DNA of 64,000 nt, taken from the NCBI GenBank assembly GCA_964643995.1, contig CAZXUJ010000003.1:65927-129926 (forward strand), read 5' to 3'. The translations under genes and the position numbers were made by a program. Shown here one piece after another: positions 21,660-31,488 of the stretch. Position 1 is the stretch's first letter; the number at the start of each line of letters is the position of its first letter. The notes beneath the pieces are model-generated. The model was not told the origin of the DNA, did no database searches, and saw only the letters and a list, made by a program, of their open reading frames with translations. This DNA is from an uncultured Candidatus Saccharibacteria bacterium. GTDB taxonomy: Bacteria; Patescibacteriota; WWE3; UBA101185; UBA10185.

Positions 21660-23738
21660 CTAATGTTTCACGAAAACAATAAGTTTCTCAGTATCTATTG
21701 TCTTTCCCTCTAGATCTTGTGCCACTACTTCAACATTGTATGGTCCCGAGCCATTCCAGGACCACTGATCAAATTCAATCTTAGCTTGTTTGATATCATC
21801 GCTCTTAGAATCCTCAAGATCAATTTTTCTACCATCTACCATAATGTAGGCTGTGTAGTTTGATCTAGCCAGTCCAGGAATATATGCTTTTAATTTTTTT
21901 TCTCCAGATATTATTGCACCACTTTGTGGTTCTTCCACTACCAGCTTAATCTCTGATATCTCTAGAGGCTTTGTGTTTGTAGCCTCTGTCACTTCGACGT
22001 TATTATTATCACTCATATCAATTGAATCTTCAGGTATAGTAATGGTTTCCTCATTTGTTATGTTTGTATCAATGGCACCTTCAACCTGTGGGCTATTAAC
22101 GCCAGTTATGAAAACTATGTAGTTGCTTTTCGCACCAGCGCTACCATTAAAGTTTCCCCCAAGCTCAACTAGCCCTTTTGTGAAATCCTTTTTGTATAGT
22201 ACGAAATTAGTGTCATTTGTCATAATTTGTTCGTTAAGCCTTTCCCAATCACGTAACCACTCTGGTAATCTCGTAGCTCTATAGTCGTATCCTACATATA
22301 CTGAACTTTCTTCTGTTATTGCAAAAGATAAATGATTGTCAAGGAAAGCCAGTTTATGATTGTTTGCAGTAACTATCTCTGCCTCGTTTAGTATTACTTT
22401 TGGTAATTCTTTGATGATATAGTCCCGATCATAAAAAATCTTTTGTCCTACTTTTGCATATGTTAGGTAATAGTTGCTTGGCGATTTAATCTCGATACCG
22501 CTAATATTAACTGAAGGTTGTTCTGCATCGATTTCAACTCCGTTTTCGATATTAATTACTGGAGGAACTTGTTCTATGATATTTTCCACTTCTTGAACTA
22601 TTACCTCCGGTGAAACATCGTTGCTGCCTTCTACCAAACCTTGAATAAAGTTCCTTATTAGAACTTGTAGCGCCGGTTTGTTTTGAGGAGTGTAATCGTC
22701 GTCTTTTTCACCTCCTGGGTTGTCTCCCAAATTCCAGTCCCACATATGGACACCGTTCATATATGACTTTTTTTCCCAATAAGTGAAAAGAGCATTGTAA
22801 AGGTCTACTTGTTCTTGTAGATCAACCTCTGCCTTTACCTTATAATCACCAGGTTCTTCAGCTGCACCATCCATACTTCTATAGCCAATTTCTGTAAATA
22901 CAATTGGCTTTTTATACTTGTTATAAAGAGGCTCTACAAAATTTTTATCTATTACCTTCCAGTTGTTTTGAAGACTCTCCGCTGTATATTTGTCATCCTC
23001 TGACAATGGATAGTACATAGATAAACCTATTACATCCAGCGCATCCCAAAAAGGGAGAGTAGTCTCATCGAAATTCGTGGCACTAGCATTAGCATTAAAG
23101 GTCAATGTGCCACTATATACTTTCCTAGTCTCCGTGATTATATCTCGCCAATATGGTTCGTTGGTTTTGTTAGTGCTTAATGCAAATAGTTCTGATCCAA
23201 GAGAGAACTGTTCAACTTTATAACTTTGTGACAGTTTGGCGTAATGTAGAATCATACTTTTGTAGTTTTTGAAAAAGGTAGCCTTATCAGTTGGATTCAT
23301 TTTCGCACGCCATTCTCCAGTTTTAGGATCAATGTGTGGCTTTATAAAGACTTTTAGACCAATAGAATGTGCACGATTTATAGTGTATATGAGTAGTTCG
23401 TCAGCCGGTGTACGCTCTTTTCTGTCTACGTTTGAGGTAGTCAATGTATCGGTGTGCCATCCCGGGGTTATAGTTACGTAATTAGCACCTGTAGCCTTTA
23501 TATCTTCAAGAGATTTATTAACCTGTCCAATTTCTTGGTTTACAAGTCTCAGGGTAATACCTTTTTGATCCCATTGTACCGCGGCAGTAACAAAGCGGGG
23601 AGTAGTAAGGGCAAAAAGTGTCAGTACTATTAATGCTGTAAATACAGACGTTAATTTTTTAGACACTAAATGATTATAATGTGTATAAAAATTTATGCAA
23701 CTACAAGTCATACATAATATGACAAAAATACGATACAA
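21660..23738 (-). CDS. Secreted glycoside hydrolase, GH113-like TIM barrel with accessory domains
   Basis: IKPHID, WRAKM, LGSEL, FWDALDVIGLSMYYPL, FTEIGYRS, YTPQNKPA; true start probably a little downstream. Confidence 0.8.
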   Translation of the reverse strand: MYRIFVILCMTCSCINFYTHYNHLVSKKLTSVFTALIVLTLFALTTPRFVTAAVQWDQKGITLRLVNQEIGQVNKSLEDIKATGANYVTITPGWHTDTLTTSNVDRKERTPADELLIYTINRAHSIGLKVFIKPHIDPKTGEWRAKMNPTDKATFFKNYKSMILHYAKLSQSYKVEQFSLGSELFALSTNKTNEPYWRDIITETRKVYSGTLTFNANASATNFDETTLPFWDALDVIGLSMYYPLSEDDKYTAESLQNNWKVIDKNFVEPLYNKYKKPIVFTEIGYRSMDGAAEEPGDYKVKAEVDLQEQVDLYNALFTYWEKKSYMNGVHMWDWNLGDNPGGEKDDDYTPQNKPALQVLIRNFIQGLVEGSNDVSPEVIVQEVENIIEQVPPVINIENGVEIDAEQPSVNISGIEIKSPSNYYLTYAKVGQKIFYDRDYIIKELPKVILNEAEIVTANNHKLAFLDNHLSFAITEESSVYVGYDYRATRLPEWLRDWERLNEQIMTNDTNFVLYKKDFTKGLVELGGNFNGSAGAKSNYIVFITGVNSPQVEGAIDTNITNEETITIPEDSIDMSDNNNVEVTEATNTKPLEISEIKLVVEEPQSGAIISGEKKLKAYIPGLARSNYTAYIMVDGRKIDLEDSKSDDIKQAKIEFDQWSWNGSGPYNVEVVAQDLEGKTIDTEKLIVFVKH

Positions 23739-23753
23739 TAATTCAAATACGTT

Positions 23754-24593
23754 ATGTTTTTAACTCGAAGTCAAAAAGCTTTTGATAACCTTGAAAGAAA
23801 ACTCGAACTACCTATGCTTTTTGCGACCTTGTTATTGCTAGGTTTGATCATACTTAGAAACAGCTTTTTATTAGACCCTTCTGTTCTGCTAATTTTCGAT
23901 ATAGCTGAACTTAGTCTATGGTTACTATTTTTTGTTGAGCTTATTACTATGACAATGCTTTCTCAGGATCGCTTTCTCTATTTAAAGACTCACTGGTACA
24001 ATATTTTTACGGTCCTATTGCCGCTTTTGCGTATAGCCGCCCTTGATCAAAGTGCGGCGCTGTTTTATCTTATAGGCCCTCTCTCATACTTCTATAATGT
24101 TATTTTTATATTATTTGGTGCTGATACTTTGTTTGTACGCATTATCCCTTTAATTTTTAGAGGTCTCGCTACTATGAAAGTGCTTTTCCGAAGGCATAGG
24201 CTTGATTACATTATTTATGTTATTTTCATAGTCGTAGTGTTTTTGGGTCCTCTCGCTGCAGTGTTTGAACGTAACAATCCTGATGCTAACTTGAGAACTG
24301 TCACCGATGGCATCTGGTGGGCATTTATTAGTATGTCGACTGTTGGCTACGGGGATTTTTTCCCAGTTACATTGCAAGGTAGACTAATAGGTCTTGTAGT
24401 CATAGTTCTTGGTGTTACCTTATTCTCTCTTCTTACGGCACATGTTTCCTCAATTATGGTAGAGGACAGTGAAAATGCTGAACGTGCCGACATTAGACAG
24501 CATTTAGATGCCATTGAGCATACTCTTGAGCATTTAGAAGAAGAGATTGAGGAAGAGCACCACCCCAAATATCGTAAACATCCCAAAAGTTAA
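23754..24593 (+). CDS. Potassium channel / ion transporter
   Basis: WWAFISMSTVGYGD selectivity filter, ~6 TMs. Confidence 0.92.
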   Translation: MFLTRSQKAFDNLERKLELPMLFATLLLLGLIILRNSFLLDPSVLLIFDIAELSLWLLFFVELITMTMLSQDRFLYLKTHWYNIFTVLLPLLRIAALDQSAALFYLIGPLSYFYNVIFILFGADTLFVRIIPLIFRGLATMKVLFRRHRLDYIIYVIFIVVVFLGPLAAVFERNNPDANLRTVTDGIWWAFISMSTVGYGDFFPVTLQGRLIGLVVIVLGVTLFSLLTAHVSSIMVEDSENAERADIRQHLDAIEHTLEHLEEEIEEEHHPKYRKHPKS

Positions 24594-24603
24594 CGTCTCC
24601 TTT

Positions 24604-25620
24604 TTATAGTCCAAAATCATTTATGTTTAATTCTTTATGCAACATGCTACTTTCGCTAGTAGGCGTGTTTGTTGTTGTGGTTATGTTTATTGCTGATATG
24701 CTGGTATTTTCGGTTTCTGCAGTTTTTGTTATTGTGACGTCATTCTCCGGTCTTACACTTGATGGATTACCTGCGGAGTCGAGAGCTCTTACAGCATAGT
24801 ATGGTGTTCTATCACAGTGGTCATTGTCTATCGCATCTACAAATGTGTGTTCTTCGTTTGAGCCTATATCTATGGTCTCAACCCTAGTATCCTCATAGGC
24901 CTCAACCTCGGTATTGCTTGCTCTATAGATCTCCAAATAGGACGTTTCCCATTATGCTAATAGCAAGTACACCCAATAATAGTGTCGAGATCATTGCTAA
25001 AAGGGTAGTCTTTTTAATACTGCCTAAGATTCCAGCCGCTACAAAGATTAATACCGTCAAAAAGACTGTTACAACAATTATTTACCAGATTGGGTTGGCT
25101 CCAGTGTCAGGTAATCTATGTGAAGTGCTAGCTAAGACTTCTTCTATCTCTATATCAACAGTAACTTCTGTTTTTGGGGACTTGTTTAGTCTGTCTACCT
25201 CTACTTAGACTTCGGTTCCTACAAACACTCTATCTCCTGTATTGCCCTCATTCGCTAAAATATTAACCTGCCCGAATTTACCTTGGGCCCAAGCCAGGTC
25301 GTTATAGATAACTGGGGCCACCTCACTATTGATTTTTGTTTTATACGTCAACTATAATTTCACCTAGTTCCCTGCTTCCAATAGAACAATTACCGGGAGA
25401 TGCATAGGTAGGTTCTGTGACTACTATGTCTTTTATATTTCCGTGAATATTTGAGTTAGCTGTCCACGAACTATTTAAGTACTCAAAACCTTCTGGGGGA
25501 AGATCAATCAAAGATACATCTTCCAAACTGCTTATGGCTTCAAGTTTCAGTGTATAGGTAACCTAAGTATAAGGTATATAGTTTTCCTTTAGGTTTTCTC
25601 TAGCCCAAATTCCAGGGGCA
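24604..25620 (-). pseudogene. Decayed surface-protein gene(s): DUF11-like fragment, LPDTG motif plus TM, and an FN3-like fragment
   Basis: Fragments TYTLKLEA..LEDVSLIDLPPEGFEY, EEVLASTSHRLPDTGANPIW* and YYAVRALDSAGN. In-frame TAA at 25205-25207 and 25082-25084, plus frame changes. Confidence 0.7.
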
Positions 25621-25760
25621 CCTTGGGTGTCATAGACTCTTATTCTTGCTGGTTCTCCTGAGATAAATGTGAGAGCTACCAATAATGTAAGTCTTAAAAT
25701 TGTTTTAGGCTACTAATTCAATAAGAAGAGATATATCACAAATCCTTAACTTTGGTAATC

Positions 25761-26474
25761 CTATAGCGTGTAATCTTTGCCGATAAATATTATAATATCG
25801 GTTTCAGTAGGGTTTTCACCACTTGGTAATTTGGCAATTTCCGCGTCTAGTAATGTTGAAATTTTATTCATTATGCCCGCATCGAGGCTCTTATTATTTA
25901 TCACTAGTGTTCTTTCATACTCGCTTTTTGCATTTCCAATATTGATGACCTCGAATTTAATGTTTTCGTACTCTGTGCTAAGTTTTGTACTCAAAGCAGA
26001 AGCTAATCCCTGGGTGCCTGTGCTGTTATATATGCTTACTTTTATAGGTGCTATTACACCCTCTACATTTTCTTCAGGTTTTATCTCTCCCTGTTCGGTT
26101 AGTTTTATAGTCATAGTCTCGATGATTTTGTTGCTATATGGGCGGTATAGTACTGCACGTCTAGCCTTGTTATATATGAGTAACTTGTCACCGTTTTGAG
26201 CGTGAGAAAAAAACACCTGATTATTAAGTTTTTCTACGTCCTTCACCGTGGCTATTACTGGAATCTCGTCGTAGGGAACCTCTGCTAGCATGGTTACCCG
26301 ATTTAATATTTCGGCAGTGGATATCACCTCAGCTTCTTTGCTTTTGTTGTTATTTGATTTTATCTCCTTGTAGCCAATATACCCAACCAATACTATGAAA
26401 CCTACTAATATTCCCAGAACGATCACCAAACCCGCTTTAGGAAAGCCTCTTTTTGTATTTTCAATTGAAGTCAT
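25761..26474 (-). CDS. Membrane-anchored LytR C-terminal domain protein
   Basis: N-terminal TM; IYNSTGTQGLAS...GNA...DIIIFIGKD. Confidence 0.8.
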   Translation of the reverse strand: MTSIENTKRGFPKAGLVIVLGILVGFIVLVGYIGYKEIKSNNNKSKEAEVISTAEILNRVTMLAEVPYDEIPVIATVKDVEKLNNQVFFSHAQNGDKLLIYNKARRAVLYRPYSNKIIETMTIKLTEQGEIKPEENVEGVIAPIKVSIYNSTGTQGLASALSTKLSTEYENIKFEVINIGNAKSEYERTLVINNKSLDAGIMNKISTLLDAEIAKLPSGENPTETDIIIFIGKDYTL

Positions 26475-26480
26475 AGGAAG

Positions 26481-27044
26481 TTAATTATTGGTTGGGTTTT
26501 CACCTACAATAACCATCACATCGGCATCTAGAGAATTTTCGATGTCATTATCTTCTTGGAGTTCTGCATTAAGTGTAGCAATCAGGAAAGGTGCCGTTTT
26601 TTTTCCAGTGCCCGTAACAGGTACTACTACAGTTCGTTCGTACAAATCTAGCGCATCACCTGTTGATATATCTAGTTCAAACTTTGAAAAATTGGCGTCA
26701 AGATTGTCGCGCATTTCTCCGGCGACGCCTACTGAATTAGTTCCGTTTAGCACTAACACTTTCACAGGCGCTTCAATATCAATTTCCTTGTTCATAATAT
26801 TGGATTTGTAATCACTTACAACTACATTCTGAGTTTTTAAACTAGGATTGTTTCGAAATTGAACCAGCTCACTTTCAGCTGACATATACATACCATAGTA
26901 ATAAATGGCGATCAGTGAGGAGGGGAGTGCAAAAGCGATCATTATTAAAGTGTTATGTAATCTTGGGGAATGTAGATTCAAGCCATCAAGTTTAACTTTT
27001 TTAACGGGTTTTTTAATGGATGTTTTGGACTTTGGAGCAGGCAT
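26481..27044 (-). CDS. Membrane-anchored LytR C-terminal domain protein
   Basis: TM; VLVLNGTNSVGVAG...DVMVIVGEN; paralog of its neighbour. Confidence 0.8.
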   Translation of the reverse strand: MPAPKSKTSIKKPVKKVKLDGLNLHSPRLHNTLIMIAFALPSSLIAIYYYGMYMSAESELVQFRNNPSLKTQNVVVSDYKSNIMNKEIDIEAPVKVLVLNGTNSVGVAGEMRDNLDANFSKFELDISTGDALDLYERTVVVPVTGTGKKTAPFLIATLNAELQEDNDIENSLDADVMVIVGENPTNN

Positions 27045-27525
27045 ATATAAAGTATATATTGTTGAGAAAAAAATCACCAGATCTGCAATTTATTGTAAAA
27101 CCTATTTAGGTTGTACATAACAAATCCGGTGATTTTTTTATTGTCACAGTGATAATCTATCGCTTGTATCACCAGCACCCCTGGTTCTTACAAGTCTATT
27201 TTGTGTAGTGGTGCGCGAAGGTGCGCATGCATTTGGGGCAATGCGATAAATGGGGTACCGCGTATCCACGGGACTTATGGACCCATGGCTTGGAGTGCTA
27301 CAGCATCCGCCTTTCAAGCAAATTGGTTTCTAACAGTTTGCATATGGGGAGCTGTCATACTAATTGGGATGGGATCACTGATATTAAACATTAGTGCCAT
27401 ATATGTATTACGTAGTTTAAGGCACTAGTGCTCTACCCTGTGAACTGTTTGTGGAACTGGACTTATTTATCCATTTATTTTCCACTCTCATTTCACAGGG
27501 CTTTTTTTTGCTTTATAATTTTACC

Positions 27526-28311
27526 ATGGCAACATTTTCAAATCTCGAAAAAACTCTCCGCCACCCACGCATTATTAAAAATATTGCTTTACTTATGGCA
27601 AAAAGGTTTATTCCCATTTGGTTTGTGTCTTTCATAGTAATTGACTTAATTCTTAATCTTGAGCCTTTGATATGGCTTTTGAGTATTTTAAGTTACTTTA
27701 TAGTCGAACTGTTTTTTCTGCATTCTTGGTACTTTAGCCATATCCTTCCGACACACCAACGCAAACTTAAGAGTTCTATAGATCTTTACAACCAATGTGT
27801 TGCAGATCCCACGAACGCATATCTACAGGATTTCATAGAAACCATCACCGAAGACTCTGCGTGGAGTATTGTCAATTTTGGGTATATGAACTACCCAACG
27901 ATAATATGGCCTAAAGTCTATCGAGTAATTTTTAATCTTGTAGTTAAGCCGTGTGAGGTTTCTGCAGAAGATTTGTTAGTTGGTTACAATAGCTCTCGTC
28001 CCAATCTTTTAAGAGACTTAAAATATCCTTATGGTCTTACGTCTACTGACACCACGCAACGAACACAGAGTGAAGAAAAGCTTAAAACAGTGCTTTCAAA
28101 TCTTAAAGTTAAGGAAAATTATTTTCTAAAAATACTTAAAATTACTCAAGGATACATTAGTTTGCAAAAGGATTATGAGATTAATGCTTTTGCTTATGAT
28201 AACTATCTACGTGAGCTACTTAATAAGTTTGCCCAAAGTGTCAGCGTTGCGCCAGATGAGGTTTTTGACTACAGATGGGAGTCTTTAATCATTAGACACA
28301 AAAAAGTTTAA
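27526..28311 (+). CDS. Hypothetical membrane protein
   Basis: ATG at 27526 after TATAAT; two TM segments followed by a soluble domain. Confidence 0.6.
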   Translation: MATFSNLEKTLRHPRIIKNIALLMAKRFIPIWFVSFIVIDLILNLEPLIWLLSILSYFIVELFFLHSWYFSHILPTHQRKLKSSIDLYNQCVADPTNAYLQDFIETITEDSAWSIVNFGYMNYPTIIWPKVYRVIFNLVVKPCEVSAEDLLVGYNSSRPNLLRDLKYPYGLTSTDTTQRTQSEEKLKTVLSNLKVKENYFLKILKITQGYISLQKDYEINAFAYDNYLRELLNKFAQSVSVAPDEVFDYRWESLIIRHKKV

Positions 28312-28368
28312 AATTTGCTATATTACCTTTAGAGATTACTAACCCCAACATAAAAAGGAGAAAATGCT

Positions 28369-28659
28369 ATGTCTAGTTATCAAGCCGGGTGGGAACCAAC
28401 CTGGCAGTACATTATTCGTGGAAGAGGGACGAAACCCTCAAGAGTGTTGTTTGCAGTTGTCGGAGAAAACGAGCCAATGGCTCAACCAACGAGGGGATCT
28501 GGATTGCAGTTGCAGGAAATTACAATTGACGAGTTTAAACGCCAGTTCGCTCATTTCGAGACTGCTTTAGCAGTCGTGGAGCTGGCTTTGGCCAGAGCTA
28601 AGGATCAGCGCATGCGCTTGCCCAAGGTCTTCACGGCTAATGATCTCATTGTTGTTTAG
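28369..28659 (+). CDS. Small hypothetical protein
   Basis: AAGGAG SD upstream, 96 aa, hairpin downstream. Confidence 0.6.
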   Translation: MSSYQAGWEPTWQYIIRGRGTKPSRVLFAVVGENEPMAQPTRGSGLQLQEITIDEFKRQFAHFETALAVVELALARAKDQRMRLPKVFTANDLIVV

Positions 28660-28751
28660 TTTTTGCGCCAAAGAAGTTTACTACTGAAGAGTAGCAAATA
28701 TAAATTTCTTTGGAGCATCCCTTTTCTCATCATGTTACAATCAAGCTTGGT

Positions 28752-30371
28752 ATGTCTCTCAAAGTTTTAATCAATGGTCCAAAGGGAAGCGGTAAGTCTA
28801 CTTTGGCAAAAAACATTTATAAATTCCACCATCCTAAAGATACTTGGGTTATTTTTGATAGAGGTGTTGCCGGTGAGGAAAGACACTCTCCTCGAGTAGT
28901 TTCGAAGAAAGGTGATGCCACCCAAACTTACACCTTGGCTAATCCGTTGCTGGATGTTGTGCTGCGTATAAGAAGGTTTCTTGAGGTTCATAGATATTTC
29001 AAAGTTCTCGAATACTTCATGTTTTTAGTTACTCCGATCTATGCCTACGCGCAGTTGAACTTTTCCAAAACCATTGATGCTAAGTACTTGGTTAATGCTC
29101 AGCCACTATACTTAAGAAATCTTAAAAGACTCGGATCTTTAGCAAAAATTGGGGCACTAAGAAAACTTATGGCATGGCCGTTTCAATATGACTTTATTGT
29201 TAATGTCTCTATTAGATCAAAGGAGATATCAAAGAGGCTTCAAATACGAAAGTATGCAGAGGCGTTGCCGTACTTTGTTGAATTTGCCCGAGAAGAAATA
29301 AATTTTCAGAAGTATGTTTTGTCTAAATATTCCAATGTTGTAAACATCGATGGCTATAAGCCCTCTTATGACCTGTCCTCAGAATTTGCAGTCTACACTG
29401 AGTTAGTAGGTACTTTTTATGATGTATTAGCGAAAACGAAGCAGACATACCCAGAAACCTTTTTTATCGAGCGTCCCAACAATATCGATACTCCGGAGGT
29501 TACAAGTTATTTTGAAACCAATATTCAACCTCATGTTATCGAGCTCTTTGGTGACTCCAACACTTTTGTGAACTATGTTCTTCATTCTTATCACAGGCAA
29601 CATATATTTGTTTTTACACATGTCCTTTCTCATAACGCTGACTTCCCACTTGCTGATGAACTCGCTTCCTTAATGGTTGGAGTCTGGGGTTATTTGCTTT
29701 GGTTTGATGATGTTGTGGATAATGCGGCTACCCGCAACAATAAAGCTTCTTTAGCAGGTGTTAATACGTACAATGCAGATGCACACTTCTCTCGTGTAAA
29801 AGCATTATCCGAGGAACTTTTTGGTCGTAATCAAACTCTATGGTTATCCAAAGCTGTAAGTATAACCAAGGAATCTATGTTAAAGCATGGTTCATTGGGC
29901 TTTGATGCCCCTTATATTGATGTAGTATGTAACTACCTTGACCGTGGGTATTCATATTCTGTGTGGCCTGCTTCGATACTATCTCGAGGGTTAGGATTTC
30001 AAGATAAATTCCCCCTACATAAGTTGAATGTCTACAAACATTTTGGGGGTCAGCTGATAAACGATATTCGCGACATTAACCTTGGGAATTTTGACGATAT
30101 AAGGGTTGGTCAGGTGACAATACCTTTGTTACTTTTGCGTGACTCCTGTAGTAGCGCAGAGCGTACCAAACTTTCCTCTTTGTTCGGTCATGTTCTTGGG
30201 GAGTCCGAAAAATCCTTACTCACGAGTTTGTTTTCCAAATACAACATTCTTCAAAAGACGCAACATATAGCTAATTTCTACTTCGCTGAAGCACTGGGTA
30301 TAGTTGATAGTTCTAGTGTTATGGAACAGTCTCCTATAAAAATATGGTTGCAAGAGCGTTGCAAGAGTTAG
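28752..30371 (+). CDS. P-loop (NMP kinase-like) domain fused to a class I isoprenyl diphosphate synthase-fold domain
   Basis: INGPKGSGKST; WFDDVVDNAATR; GGQLINDIRD; DDIRVGQVTIPL. Confidence 0.75.
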   Translation: MSLKVLINGPKGSGKSTLAKNIYKFHHPKDTWVIFDRGVAGEERHSPRVVSKKGDATQTYTLANPLLDVVLRIRRFLEVHRYFKVLEYFMFLVTPIYAYAQLNFSKTIDAKYLVNAQPLYLRNLKRLGSLAKIGALRKLMAWPFQYDFIVNVSIRSKEISKRLQIRKYAEALPYFVEFAREEINFQKYVLSKYSNVVNIDGYKPSYDLSSEFAVYTELVGTFYDVLAKTKQTYPETFFIERPNNIDTPEVTSYFETNIQPHVIELFGDSNTFVNYVLHSYHRQHIFVFTHVLSHNADFPLADELASLMVGVWGYLLWFDDVVDNAATRNNKASLAGVNTYNADAHFSRVKALSEELFGRNQTLWLSKAVSITKESMLKHGSLGFDAPYIDVVCNYLDRGYSYSVWPASILSRGLGFQDKFPLHKLNVYKHFGGQLINDIRDINLGNFDDIRVGQVTIPLLLLRDSCSSAERTKLSSLFGHVLGESEKSLLTSLFSKYNILQKTQHIANFYFAEALGIVDSSSVMEQSPIKIWLQERCKS

Positions 30372-30456
30372 TCTTCAGATTTCTTTTCAATTATTGTCGT
30401 AATTATTTTACTCAAATATAATTTTAACGCTATAGTAGCGGTATATAAGAAAATTG

Positions 30457-30485
30457 TTGACAGTACATTTTTTATATAGTAACGT
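30457..30485 (+). promoter_or_regulatory. Sigma70-type promoter upstream of the large structured region
   Basis: TTGACA-17 nt-TAACGT. Confidence 0.55.
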
Positions 30486-30504
30486 TTACTTATTGAGAAA
30501 TTAA

Positions 30505-31392
30505 TAGACTCTTTCTGCCAAACAAGAGCCAAGATCCCGCAGGAAGAGTGTCAACTTCTTTCGAGATGTTGGCTTTTTTTGTTTTCTGAGTGTTTGTACA
30601 AATGTACTCGGTAGTTTGTTTTTGTTTTTTGCACCTTATTATTCGAATAGCCATTCTTCTAAGTCTCGAAAGAGGGTAGTAGTCCGAAAAGTATTTTTTT
30701 GACTGCTATCCTTCTTTTGAGAGTTTGCCTGCAGCTTGCTGTAGTGCCGTAAGCAGTGATGCTTCGGCTGAGTATAGTCTTGGAATTGTTTGAACTTTAT
30801 CGAGCCTGGGAGTGTCACAACTCCGATATAGCGGCTGGGTTTAGTCTCATGCTCACTGTATATTCGATTTGACCTAGTTCCGTTCTGAGCTTGCTTGCAG
30901 TTCATCTAGAAGGATGCGGTGATCGACCGCAAAGACCATATCTATGGTTTTGATCGTTCAGCTAATGTTGCTGAGCGTGCTCCGTGTACATAATGTACCG
31001 CTCCGACCAGACTGAATGAACTTCGTTGTTTTCAGCCCCCTGGTCGACCTACAGTCACGCGAAACGCTGTCATAAGTACGAACGATAACCGAAGCTTCCC
31101 TTGCGAGCGCATTGTTTTCTTAGCGTCTCGGTCATTCCTGAAGCGGGTGAAACTCTCTTGAAGCTCTGTTGCACAAAGGTGCCACTTCATCTGAAGTTTC
31201 CCCAGAAGAGGATCATGAATCTTTTCTACTTGCCCTGAAAGATAAGATTAAAAAGTAAGGTCTGCCCAAATGCACAACAAATCTTTGTGAGCATGTTCCT
31301 GCTATCAGCCTCATCTTTGTCAAACGACTTGGTTATTATGAATATTCATAGTAGTCAGATTGTTTGGCAAAGGTGGGGCTTTTTCTTTTTTT
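30505..31392 (+). ncRNA. Candidate large structured non-coding RNA (~860 nt), family unassigned
   Basis: No credible ORF. Many hairpins with G-U pairs on the + strand and GAAA/UUCG loops. A 10-bp closing helix 30516-30525/31360-31369, then a U-tract. Confidence 0.7.
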
Positions 31393-31488
31393 GATGGTTT
31401 GAAAAAATAGGGAATAACAAGATTTGTTATTTTTGAGACTAAGAATATACCTTAGCGCCCTGTGGATCTCAAACTTTAAACATTCAAA

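Noticed and set aside
30639-30905. 88-aa minus-strand ORF inside the structured region
   Set aside because: No SD, no recognisable motif, and it lies antisense to + strand RNA structure
30505-31392. Group I/II intron, tmRNA or RNase P identity for the large RNA
   Set aside because: No interrupted host gene, no group II domain V, no tRNA-like ends and no GAGGAAAGUCC; the group I-like R and S words occur in the wrong order
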